Origin: a virus
IMG/VR virus record: IMGVR_UViG_3300026512_000003
Coordinates: 64,001 to 128,000 of that record
Direction: 5' to 3' (one strand)
DNA length: 64,000 bases
The translations under genes and the position numbers were made by a program. Below, piece by piece: positions 37,302 through 45,845 of the stretch. Every line of letters starts with the position of its first letter. The first letter of the stretch is position 1. A model generated the notes under the pieces. The model did no database searches, had not been told where the DNA came from, and saw only the letters and a list, made by a program, of their open reading frames with translations.

Positions 37302-37854
37302 AAAGGTAGCTCTGGTTGTAGGACATGAGGAATATAGGCAAGGAGCTATAGGGGCAAAAGGCATATCCGAATGGATATTCTGGAAAGCTTTCTTAGAGGA
37401 AAACATAGCAGAGTTTGCAAAAGTATGCGATGTTAAAATATTTCTAAGAGACTCTAAGACTTCTGGCTACAATGCAAAGATGAGACAGCTTCATCATCGG
37501 ATTGATGATTGGGGTGCAGATATAACAATATCATTTCATTTTAATGCAAGTGCTAGTTCAAAAGCCTCAGGGTTCGAAGTACTTGCTTATGCAAAATCAG
37601 ATGTTTCAAAAAAGATTGCGAAAATATTTATTGATGAATTTGAAAAAAATGAGCTTGGAAGAAATAGAGGTCTAAAACCTGTCACTAGAAAGGAAAGAGG
37701 AGGAGGATTTTTAGCCAAAGGAAAATCAAAATGCATACTCGTTGAACCTTTTTTCGCAAAAGATCAAGGTGAATTTATGCCAAAAAAAGCCAAGCGAAGA
37801 GCTCTAGCAAAAGCTATTTCAGACGGAATAGCACAATCCCTAAACCTAGTATAA
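37147..37854 (+). CDS. N-acetylmuramoyl-L-alanine amidase (Amidase_3) endolysin
   Basis: VGH..E, SFHFNA, GFEVL, ILVEPFF; ATG 37147 with AAGGAG 7 nt upstream. Confidence 0.88.
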   Translation: MLKTVFAFVKAVILNFTQISKGRSEKNAQSTISGISKNYPNISSQKDQRSTKKVALVVGHEEYRQGAIGAKGISEWIFWKAFLEENIAEFAKVCDVKIFLRDSKTSGYNAKMRQLHHRIDDWGADITISFHFNASASSKASGFEVLAYAKSDVSKKIAKIFIDEFEKNELGRNRGLKPVTRKERGGGFLAKGKSKCILVEPFFAKDQGEFMPKKAKRRALAKAISDGIAQSLNLV

Positions 37855-37869
37855 TCACATAAAAACTAT

Positions 37870-37892
37870 CTCCTGTGACTGCCTCACAGGAG
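37870..37892 (+). terminator. Hairpin after endolysin
   Basis: CTCCTGTGA-CTGCC-TCACAGGAG, 9-bp perfect stem. Confidence 0.6.
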
Positions 37893-38123
37893 TACAACCC
37901 ACAAGCAAAAAACCACCACTTATCTATCAAAAAACCAACCAATAAATCTTGGGAAAAATCAACATTTTTGTGGCATATATAGATGTAAGAGATATACCTT
38001 ACACAAGAATTTCTATTGTATAGAGATTGTACTGTGAGGTAAAAAGTGTTCTTTTTTAGAGGACGAAAATGGTCGTTGAGCGACAAAGGTTTCATAGCCT
38101 AAAACTTTTTGAAGGAGTAAATT

Positions 38124-38246
38124 ATGAGCGCACAAGAAATTAACCAAAGAGTAGAAGAAATTAAAAAATCTGCTGAGGCGAAAAACCTCAGAATATCAAA
38201 AGCGCAAATCAAAGCGCAACTGGTATTACAAACAGCTGGGATTTAA
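38124..38246 (+). CDS. 40-aa early peptide (not in ORF track)
   Basis: GAAGGAG RBS; MSAQEINQRVEEIKKSAEAKNLRISKAQIKAQLVLQTAGI. Confidence 0.6.
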   Translation: MSAQEINQRVEEIKKSAEAKNLRISKAQIKAQLVLQTAGI

Positions 38247-38381
38247 AACCCCAGCTTCAAACAAAAGCATAACATTAAAAATAAGTTTTTTACGAAAACC
38301 TTATTTGTGATGTTATATCAAAGAAGCATAGTACTAAGGCTGTACTATTTACTACCCCGTCTAACGGGAAGAAAGGTCATC

Positions 38382-38570
38382 ATGAAAAAGTTTAATTCTA
38401 AACGAGTGTATGCTATGGCGGATAACTGCAATGTTATCCAATACTACGCATTTGGACGAGTAGATCGACTATATGCTGAGATAACCCTAGGTCTCAAAAG
38501 CATAGGAGATCGATTGATTGGTAAAGATAATAAGTACGAAGCAAAAAGAAAATTAGCTGAAGAGCTCTAA
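38382..38570 (+). CDS. Small early protein (62 aa)
   Basis: AGAAAGG RBS before ATG 38382. Confidence 0.5.
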   Translation: MKKFNSKRVYAMADNCNVIQYYAFGRVDRLYAEITLGLKSIGDRLIGKDNKYEAKRKLAEEL

Positions 38571-38647
38571 TACTTCGCCAAGCTGGGCGTAAAATGGAGC
38601 AACAAAGAGGTCTTTTCTCCTAAGAGTTAAGGTGTCCCCTCTTTGAA

Positions 38648-38735
38648 AAAAGCATACATTTAAGAACATCCTCGCTTAGTAATCTAGACGATGTGACTCT
38701 CAGACGAGAGGCGATGTTCTTAAATGTGTGTTTTT
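38648..38735 (+). other. Long intergenic stem-loop (23-bp stem), RNase III site-like or ncRNA
   Basis: AAAAGCATACATTTAAGAACATC pairs with GATGTTCTTAAATGTGTGTTTTT with two G-U pairs. Confidence 0.6.
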
Positions 38736-38807
38736 AGGCCGCATTAGTTTGCTACAAATCCACAAGAGTGGTCGCAGTCATGCGTTCCAAATATTAAGGA
38801 GGAAGAA

Positions 38808-39197
38808 ATGAAAGTAGAATTAAAAGAAACTAAAAATAGTTTTGGGGAAATGGTAAACCATATTTTTATAGATGGCGTAAAAAAAGCATCTCTTGTAATA
38901 GAAAAAGATGCTGTTGAGGTTGCTTTTTTAAGCGTAAACAACACAGAAATTGTGGATCGTTTTGAAATAGACAATCCAAACAGGAAGAATACAAGAGGGT
39001 ACATGGATACCCTTATTGGTATTGTGGCTGCGAATAGCAGCAATCTCGGTGAAAAACACGCCGAGTACATAAGAAATAACCGAGAAACAATGTTATCAAA
39101 TGATAACAGATGTTTCAGGATGGTTAAAAAAGAGGGGAGTGGGGAAGACTATGAAAAAGAGTACACTGTACTCTTGACGGGAGACTGTAATGACTGA
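38808..39197 (+). CDS. Early hypothetical protein
   Basis: 129 aa, AAGGAGG RBS. Confidence 0.65.
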   Translation: MKVELKETKNSFGEMVNHIFIDGVKKASLVIEKDAVEVAFLSVNNTEIVDRFEIDNPNRKNTRGYMDTLIGIVAANSSNLGEKHAEYIRNNRETMLSNDNRCFRMVKKEGSGEDYEKEYTVLLTGDCND

Positions 39198-39306
39198 TGT
39201 AATAATTACAGGCTCCGTCCTGCTGACAGTAGGTGCCGTGGGTTATATCCTAGGGCTTGTAATAATAGAAGCTTTTGGAGAAGATGCTCTTCAAAAGTTT
39301 TTTTAA
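39190..39306 (+). CDS. 38-aa single-TM peptide (not in ORF track)
   Basis: GGGAG RBS; MTDVIITGSVLLTVGAVGYILGLVIIEAFGEDALQKFF. Confidence 0.5.
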   Translation: MTDVIITGSVLLTVGAVGYILGLVIIEAFGEDALQKFF

Positions 39307-39318
39307 AAGGAGTAGAGA

Positions 39319-39489
39319 ATGAAAATTTTTTATAAAAAAAAAGAGTTGGGAGAACTCTCTGGTGGTGATTTGCGCCACCTAAAAAAAACTCTTAAAAATG
39401 AGAGAGTCAGATACAATGACGACTCTCTCGTCATTCAAACAAAAAAAGGGCTGGAAATTGCCCAAAGAGAGTTCTGGGAACTCTCTTGA
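39319..39489 (+). CDS. 56-aa ORF built on five tandem hairpins (not in ORF track)
   Basis: AAAAGGAG RBS; MKIFYKKKELGELSGGDLRHLKK...REFWELS. Confidence 0.5.
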   Translation: MKIFYKKKELGELSGGDLRHLKKTLKNERVRYNDDSLVIQTKKGLEIAQREFWELS

Positions 39490-39615
39490 AAATCCCGCCC
39501 AGCTGAGGGCGTAAAAATCAGCCTTACCTTCCCCCTTCAGGGCGAGTGCTTTTTGCATTCGTTCTGGAGGGGGGGGAAGTGTTTTATTTTCTTAGCTTAC
39601 ACGAAAGGAAAAGGT

Positions 39616-40014
39616 ATGCGATTAACTAATTTGACCCCACATAAAATAGTGATGATTATGGCTGGTGGAGAGAAAATAACTTTTAAACCTGCTAAAGTTG
39701 AGCAGTTATTAAGAGTTATTACAACAAGCGTTGTTACTGACAGAGTTGGAGGAATTTCTATTTTAAAGCCAACACATGAGGTAACTGGAAATATTCCAGA
39801 AGAAATAGAAGGTCACTATTATATTGTTTCAAAACAAGTGGCACAAGCGTTAAAAGGGCGAAAAGATTTTGTGTATCCAACAAATGTTGTACATAAAAAA
39901 GAACTCATTAGCGTTATTGATCAATATGGAAAGGAAATTGTAGACAATGATGATATTCCGGTTAAGAAATTTGTTACTCATATTGATGGGTGTGGTGCAC
40001 TGAGTTTGCCATGA
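39616..40014 (+). CDS. NLTPH-family protein (possible Crn4-like ring nuclease)
   Basis: NLTPH, LRV, GNIPE, YYIVS, R.DFVYP; ATG 39616 after AAAGGAAAAGG. Confidence 0.5.
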   Translation: MRLTNLTPHKIVMIMAGGEKITFKPAKVEQLLRVITTSVVTDRVGGISILKPTHEVTGNIPEEIEGHYYIVSKQVAQALKGRKDFVYPTNVVHKKELISVIDQYGKEIVDNDDIPVKKFVTHIDGCGALSLP

Positions 40015-40190
40015 GTAGTTTGAACTTAGAAAGATCTATCTGTACAGACTTAAAAAGAATATATGAGATAGACAAGGATTTATATAAAGCTGGAATTATT
40101 TCTAGAGATAGAGTAGATAAAAGCTTTTTAAAATACAATATACAAAAGGCTAAGGTACTTTTTGAATGGAGGAAAAAAAGTGAAAATTAG
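40011..40190 (+). CDS. Hypothetical protein
   Basis: ATGA coupling with upstream gene. Confidence 0.45.
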   Translation: MSSLNLERSICTDLKRIYEIDKDLYKAGIISRDRVDKSFLKYNIQKAKVLFEWRKKSEN

Positions 40191-40530
40191 TTTTAGAAAA
40201 ATATTAACCGATTGGGTATATGAATGCAATGATTGCAACAATGTATCAAGTGATACTAAAGAAAGCAAACGCATATGGGAAAAAAATGGATGCCCAAACT
40301 GTAGTGGTGATAATTTTAGCAAATTATATGATCTCGTTGCTGTATTTAAAGATGATTTTGGTGAATTAGAAAGCTATATGCATGTTGGACAACATAGCGA
40401 TGCTTCAAATTCATTCGTAAAAGAATGCACAACTGAATCTGATATAACAATTGATTGCCATGGTGATTTAAAAAAAGAACTAGAATCCATAGGGTATGAT
40501 GTTGAAAAAGTTAATTATGAAGATTTATAA
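40180..40530 (+). CDS. Zn-ribbon protein
   Basis: CNDC...CPNC plus SYMHVGQH motif; GTG after GGAGG. Confidence 0.55.
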   Translation: MKISFRKILTDWVYECNDCNNVSSDTKESKRIWEKNGCPNCSGDNFSKLYDLVAVFKDDFGELESYMHVGQHSDASNSFVKECTTESDITIDCHGDLKKELESIGYDVEKVNYEDL

Positions 40531-40539
40531 GGAAAAAAA

Positions 40540-41094
40540 ATGACAGAAACAGAATTAGAGAGCTATGTTACGGTAGCAGAAAGAGTTAAGATATTTGTAA
40601 ATGAATATCAGCCAAGAGGAATGTTTATGAAAACATCTCACTATTGGCAGCCTGTAGATAACGATATGATGATAATTTTTACCACTGAAATTTTTGCTAG
40701 AAATTCAAAAGGCAAAGAATTTTTGTTAGTAAATGCAACAGCATGTGAAAATGTCTCTAGAAACAAAAACTCAACTGTCGATCCAGTTCGGTTTTGCGAG
40801 ACTTCTTCCAGAGGTAGAGCCTTGAGTGCTCTCGGCATAGAAATCATCAAAGGGTTATCTTCTCTAGAAGATATTAGTACTGACAGGGATTATTCAGGGA
40901 AAAATAAAAAGAAAGAAACTGTGCCTAAACAGGATTTAGTTCCTCTTCTAAAAAGATTAAAGGTGAATTTTTTAGAAACAGATGAAACTCTTGAATTCAA
41001 AATAAAAGATGTCTCTGAAAAAACTCTTGACATATTAAAAAAGAAAGGCTTTTCTATTGGTGCAGTTACGGCAACATATATTAAAAAAGGATAA
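40540..41094 (+). CDS. Single-strand annealing protein (Rad52/Sak-like)
   Basis: YVTVAERV...CETSSRGRALSALG; adjacent to exonuclease. Confidence 0.6.
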   Translation: MTETELESYVTVAERVKIFVNEYQPRGMFMKTSHYWQPVDNDMMIIFTTEIFARNSKGKEFLLVNATACENVSRNKNSTVDPVRFCETSSRGRALSALGIEIIKGLSSLEDISTDRDYSGKNKKKETVPKQDLVPLLKRLKVNFLETDETLEFKIKDVSEKTLDILKKKGFSIGAVTATYIKKG

Positions 41095-41097
41095 AAA

Positions 41098-41301
41098 ATG
41101 AAGGTGATATTGTTATTGTTGTGTACAACTATTCTTTTTGGGCTTAGTGTAACTTTTACACTACCAAAGATTTGTACAGCAGAATTAATTCATAAAAAAA
41201 ATGGAAAAGTGGTTTATGTAGAAAAAGTTGACTGTAAAACAGTTCAAACAAAAGAAGGTATAGTTTATCAAACTGCACCTAGAAAAGAGAAAGGCAAGTA
41301 A
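41098..41301 (+). CDS. Small secreted/membrane protein
   Basis: Hydrophobic N-terminal signal-like helix. Confidence 0.5.
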   Translation: MKVILLLLCTTILFGLSVTFTLPKICTAELIHKKNGKVVYVEKVDCKTVQTKEGIVYQTAPRKEKGK

Positions 41302-42449
41302 TGGATTTTTTTAACAATATAATGGGAAAAGCTTTTAAAGTAAGACAAGAGGATACTAAGTATTCTAGAATGACTCTCGATGGCATTAAAGCAAAACTAG
41401 GTGCGAGCGATATAGCACTATGTGCAAGAAAAGCGGCATATGATGTCATTGTTGGTTCAAAATCTAGAACCCTTTCGGAGTTTTTTAGAATGTCTAAAGG
41501 AAATATTGCTGAGGGTGTTGTAGAACAAAATCTAGACACTTTAAGCGTTCCTTATGAAAGACAAGGTGAGTATACAGGAAAAGGCACATATGATTTTATG
41601 GTAGTCCATCCAGATATACTGATAAAAGTTCAGGATTTGAAAAAAGTGGATGATCCAGAAGTTAAAAAATGGTATATTTATGCATTGAAAAACAAATACA
41701 AATATTTGTTAGTTGAATTAAAAACAACTAATGGAATACCTGTTAATGTCCATGATTACTGGGAAAAACAAACTAATATTCAAATGGATATAATTGCCCA
41801 AGAAATTGGAATAGAGCCAGAGGAAATTGGTACAATAGTTTATGCTATTGAACTTAATGATGGTAACACAAAAGAATTTCCAATCAAATATGATCTCGAG
41901 GTCACTACGCTAGCTTTAGAGGAAGCAATGTTTTGTTTAGATGTAATCCAAGACTATTTCGATTGGTCTAATGGAGATAAAGAAAACAGAGAGTTTGAAA
42001 TACAAAATGTTCCAAGAAGAGTTGGAAGTGCCTGTATGTTATGCGATCACACTGATGATTGTCTTTCAAAAACAGAAGCAATCGAACTTGAAGATAATTA
42101 TAATTCAACTCTTGAATACATCGCTAAATACAATGCTGAGAAGAAAAATATAGATAAAAATAAAGGCGATATTAAAAATCTTTTGCTTAAACTTGGTGCA
42201 AAAAAAGCCTTTACTAAGGATTTTGAGGTATCATTACGAGGTGGAAATAAAAAAAAAGTAATAGATCCAAGTAAATTTTCAGATAAAGAAAAACTGGAAA
42301 TTGCAAAAAAACTTCCAGATTATATATCAGTAAGCGCAAAGCTAGATGGAGCTAAAGTACCAAAAGATATGGAATGGATAAATTCTGATGATAAATATAT
42401 AGACAAAACAACTTCTGTTTCTATGATTATCAAAGATAAAAAAGGATAA
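41301..42449 (+). CDS. Cas4/YqaJ-like PD-(D/E)XK exonuclease
   Basis: LCARK, HPDI, ELKT, Q...Q, CMLC.....C (Fe-S-type cysteines). Confidence 0.75.
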   Translation: MDFFNNIMGKAFKVRQEDTKYSRMTLDGIKAKLGASDIALCARKAAYDVIVGSKSRTLSEFFRMSKGNIAEGVVEQNLDTLSVPYERQGEYTGKGTYDFMVVHPDILIKVQDLKKVDDPEVKKWYIYALKNKYKYLLVELKTTNGIPVNVHDYWEKQTNIQMDIIAQEIGIEPEEIGTIVYAIELNDGNTKEFPIKYDLEVTTLALEEAMFCLDVIQDYFDWSNGDKENREFEIQNVPRRVGSACMLCDHTDDCLSKTEAIELEDNYNSTLEYIAKYNAEKKNIDKNKGDIKNLLLKLGAKKAFTKDFEVSLRGGNKKKVIDPSKFSDKEKLEIAKKLPDYISVSAKLDGAKVPKDMEWINSDDKYIDKTTSVSMIIKDKKG

Positions 42450-42452
42450 AAT

Positions 42453-43520
42453 ATGCATAAACTAGAGGAATTACTACTAACTAGTCAGCCTCTTGTGTTG
42501 AAGCCAGAGTTGGCTGTCGCTATTGGATTAAATGAAGCCATAGCTTTACAACAATTACAATATTGGCTTATTATTAAGAAAAAATCAGGTGACCCAAGAG
42601 CTAAAATAGATGGATATTATTGGGTTTGGAATTCTATTGAATCTTGGTCAGAACAATTTCCTTTTTGGAGCAAAAGAACAATAAAAAGGACATTTGCTTC
42701 ATTAGAAAAACAAGGTCTTATTTTAGTAAAAAAACTTTCTCTAGATAAAACAGATAGAACAAATTACTACACAATAAAATATGAATGTCTTGACCATGGG
42801 GACAAAATGACCCAATGGGAAAATAAGGGACAGAATGACCCAATCCCATTGGGACAAAATGGCACAATGCCATTGGGACAAAATGGCACAATGGATGGGG
42901 ACAAAATGACCCAATCCAATTTAACAGAGACTACTCATAAGACTACAACAGAGACACCTCAAATTTCCGTAAGCGAAAAGTTTGAGCAAACTCCTCTTAC
43001 TGAAATTCAAGAACAAGCTCTAGAAGTTGTTGAAAAACTTGAAAATAATTTACTATCTGAAGTTCCAAAGTTTAAACCGCTAACTGAAGCACAAAAAAAG
43101 AAGTGGATGAAAGACATTGATTTAGCTATCCGTAAAGATAATATTACCAAGGAAGAAATCTTGGGAGTAGTAGATTGGATATACACAAATCCTAAAGGCT
43201 CATTTTGGATTCCAAATATAATGTCAGGAGCTAAACTTCGTAAACAGCTCCCTAAGCTTCTATACGACTCAAAAATACCTAAGCCTAGGAAAGACATTAA
43301 AGAGATGCTTTTCGAAGCGTATGGCATAGGTAATGTGTTTTTAAAGGCTATTAATAGCAGAATAGATAGAACGATATCTGTTTGTCTTAACGGAGAGCAC
43401 CCTTTTTTAGAATATACCAATTATAATACAGGTGATAAATTACAAGGCGAATTTCTAAAAAAAGTTGAAAAATATGTTGCTGAACACATAGATTCAATTA
43501 TAAAAGGAGACAAACAATGA
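42453..43520 (+). CDS. Phage replication initiator (winged-helix, lambda O-like organisation)
   Basis: IGLNEAIALQQLQYW, WVWNSIESWSEQFPFWSKRTIKR; C-terminal FWIPNIMSGAKLRKQ; internal iterons. Confidence 0.8.
   Translation: MHKLEELLLTSQPLVLKPELAVAIGLNEAIALQQLQYWLIIKKKSGDPRAKIDGYYWVWNSIESWSEQFPFWSKRTIKRTFASLEKQGLILVKKLSLDKTDRTNYYTIKYECLDHGDKMTQWENKGQNDPIPLGQNGTMPLGQNGTMDGDKMTQSNLTETTHKTTTETPQISVSEKFEQTPLTEIQEQALEVVEKLENNLLSEVPKFKPLTEAQKKKWMKDIDLAIRKDNITKEEILGVVDWIYTNPKGSFWIPNIMSGAKLRKQLPKLLYDSKIPKPRKDIKEMLFEAYGIGNVFLKAINSRIDRTISVCLNGEHPFLEYTNYNTGDKLQGEFLKKVEKYVAEHIDSIIKGDKQ
42799..42915 (+). repeat. Five 18-bp iterons (putative replication origin)
   Basis: GGGACA(A/G)AATG(A/G)C(C/A)CAAT starting at 42799, 42827, 42851, 42875, 42898. 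Confidence 0.85.
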
Positions 43521-43999
43521 ATGTAAACATGTTTCATATATTCTCACCTACAGAGGACGAAGATAAGACGATGATGGCAGATGGAGTAATTACCATGGCA
43601 AAAAATCAAACAGAAAAAGGAATTTTTACTAACTATTCCTCGGTATATTATCTTAAGATACAAAGCAAAAAAAGAGTGCAGCTGTCTGGAAACAAAATAG
43701 ATAATGCTTATCTAATAAATCTTAGTTCGAGGGATGTTAAAAGTATTTTAAAACAGTTTAATGGTGGTCATAAAATACAAATAGATAAAGTAGCAGAAGA
43801 TAATACAAAAACTTTACATATGCTTATTTCTCAGTCGGTAGTTGATATTACGGTATCAAAAAATGGTCAAAGCGATACATGTAGAATTAGCAAAAATGAT
43901 TTAGAATTATTTTTGTCAGAATTGAAAGATTACATGTATTTGACCGAAACAAAACTTATAGATCTAAAAGCCATGGTAATTTTAAGGGCAAGTAGATGA
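43517..43999 (+). CDS. Hypothetical protein between initiator and helicase
   Basis: 160 aa, ATGA coupled on both sides. Confidence 0.6.
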   Translation: MNVNMFHIFSPTEDEDKTMMADGVITMAKNQTEKGIFTNYSSVYYLKIQSKKRVQLSGNKIDNAYLINLSSRDVKSILKQFNGGHKIQIDKVAEDNTKTLHMLISQSVVDITVSKNGQSDTCRISKNDLELFLSELKDYMYLTETKLIDLKAMVILRASR

Positions 44000-45306
44000 T
44001 CAATACAGTCCCTATGGAAAAAACTATAATATCAACAATAATGTCTGATGTTAAAATGATAGAATCAGTAATGGATTTTTTACATACAGAACATTTTTTT
44101 GATGAGGTATGTTCAGAATTATATGGACTGGCTCTTACTGCGTATCTAGCAAAAGTTCCGTTTGATGAAACTTTTATAATCAGTAAATTTCCCGATAGGC
44201 AGGAAGATGTTATTGGAATAATGACTTTTACCCCAATTGGCAGAGAAAGTATTGTTAAACAAGCACAGCTAGTTATTAAAACAGCGAAAGATAGAGCAAT
44301 TATTACTAATTTAGATAATGCGAAGGCTACTATCCTTGCTGGGAAAGACTATGATTTTTCATCGCTACTTCAGGTTGAAATGACTCAAAAATTGGAAATA
44401 AAATCTAATAAGGAAATCATTCATGAGATGGAAGAGAAAATAAACAACCCTGTAAAAGATCATGGTGTAGGGCTCAACGATGTAGATAGGTTTATAACGA
44501 TAGCGCCGGGATCTTTATGTGTACTAGCTGCTAGGCCAAGTATGGGAAAGACGGCTATGGTAATTACTACGATATTGCATCTCCTTAAAAACGGAGAAGG
44601 ATCACTATTTTTTTCGCTTGAAATGCCAAGAGATACAATTATGGCGAGGGCTATTGCAAATAAGGCTGATGAAGATCTATCTAACATAAAAAAAGGCCAA
44701 CTTAAAAATTACCAAGCGTATAAAGAGGCTAAAGATTATCTTGCAAATACAGATGATTTTATGATAGTTGACACAGCTTTAGATCATAACCAGATTTACA
44801 ATCATGCAACAACAATTCTTCGTAGAAATCCAAATATAAAAAATGTGTTTGTTGATCACATTGGATATATAAAAGATCCCGGTGGTTATCAAAATACACA
44901 CCTTAGGATAGGAGATATAACAAAGACATTTAAGCGACTTGCAAAAGAAATGAATGTAAAATTCTGGGTATTATCTCAATTAAGTAGATCTATTGAAAGT
45001 AGACCAAACAAAAGACCACAGCTATCAGATCTTAGGGAGTCGGGTTCTATAGAAGAAGATGGCGATTTGATTATTGGTTTATATAGAGACAGCTACTATA
45101 AAGTGAGAGAGGAGGGTACAAGAGAAGAGTCAGTTAATCCCGCAGAGGTAATAGTTTTAAAAAATAGGGATGGCGAAGTTGGAATAGCTCATACGAAATT
45201 TGTTGGACCTACTGTTAAATTTACAGATAGGGTTGCTGCAGTTGAAACTGTGTATGAATATATTCCTAATGAAGATGATTTAAAGATTGAGCTACCAATT
45301 CTATAA
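43996..45306 (+). CDS. dnaB: Replicative DNA helicase DnaB
   Basis: AARPSMGKT, FSLEM, VDHIG, LSQLSR, RPQLSDLRESGSIEEDGD, KNRDG. Confidence 0.95.
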   Translation: MINTVPMEKTIISTIMSDVKMIESVMDFLHTEHFFDEVCSELYGLALTAYLAKVPFDETFIISKFPDRQEDVIGIMTFTPIGRESIVKQAQLVIKTAKDRAIITNLDNAKATILAGKDYDFSSLLQVEMTQKLEIKSNKEIIHEMEEKINNPVKDHGVGLNDVDRFITIAPGSLCVLAARPSMGKTAMVITTILHLLKNGEGSLFFSLEMPRDTIMARAIANKADEDLSNIKKGQLKNYQAYKEAKDYLANTDDFMIVDTALDHNQIYNHATTILRRNPNIKNVFVDHIGYIKDPGGYQNTHLRIGDITKTFKRLAKEMNVKFWVLSQLSRSIESRPNKRPQLSDLRESGSIEEDGDLIIGLYRDSYYKVREEGTREESVNPAEVIVLKNRDGEVGIAHTKFVGPTVKFTDRVAAVETVYEYIPNEDDLKIELPIL

Positions 45307-45315
45307 GGAGAAAAT

Positions 45316-45525
45316 ATGGTAAACACAGTGAATATGAAAAATATTCCTCTTGAAAAAGTAGGGGAACAAGTGTCTGAAGTGATTAGAAAGACAGGACTAA
45401 AGCCAAAGTATATTGTGATTGATGAAATTCAACATGGTGAACTTATTAAAAAAGAGGGGCTTGTTAAAGTAAAAGCAAAAAGAGTTGTTAAGTGGAAAGG
45501 TATGAGCGTGCTAGTAAGTAACTAG
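45316..45525 (+). CDS. Hypothetical protein
   Basis: 69 aa, AAGGAG RBS. Confidence 0.55.
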   Translation: MVNTVNMKNIPLEKVGEQVSEVIRKTGLKPKYIVIDEIQHGELIKKEGLVKVKAKRVVKWKGMSVLVSN

Positions 45526-45782
45526 CTCGCTTTTACTTTGTCTTTAAATGACTTGGATGATTTAAAGTGGATTACTTTTGAATCAATTTTATAGTCTTGG
45601 CCACCTATTGAACTTGTTCTTTTTAAAGAAGAAACATTAAAAGAGCCAAGATTTGGAATACTAAAGCCTTCTCTGTTGGCAACTTCTGATGTCAAAAGAG
45701 AAGTAAAAGTATCAACTGTTGTTTTTGCTTGCTTCTTAGTACAATTTAGTTTTAGAGCAAGTTTGTCAATAAAAGCTTTCAC
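45522..45782 (-). CDS. HU/IHF-family DNA-binding protein
   Basis: FIDKLA...TKKQAKTTVD...FSIPNLGSFNV...IHFKSSKSFKDKV. Confidence 0.85.
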   Translation of the reverse strand: MKAFIDKLALKLNCTKKQAKTTVDTFTSLLTSEVANREGFSIPNLGSFNVSSLKRTSSIGGQDYKIDSKVIHFKSSKSFKDKVKAS

Positions 45783-45845
45783 GAGATATCCTTGTTTTTT
45801 AAATATAGGGTATTTTATCGAAAAAAATAATTAAAAGGAAGAGAA

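Noticed and set aside
38671-38712. Hammerhead ribozyme in the loop of the long stem
   Set aside because: No CUGANGA and GAAA core on either strand
42799-42915. Spaced direct repeats as a mini CRISPR array (a Cas4-like gene is adjacent)
   Set aside because: Repeats are 18 bp with 5-10-bp gaps inside an initiator CDS, which fits iterons; the Cas4-like gene pairs with an SSAP as a recombination module
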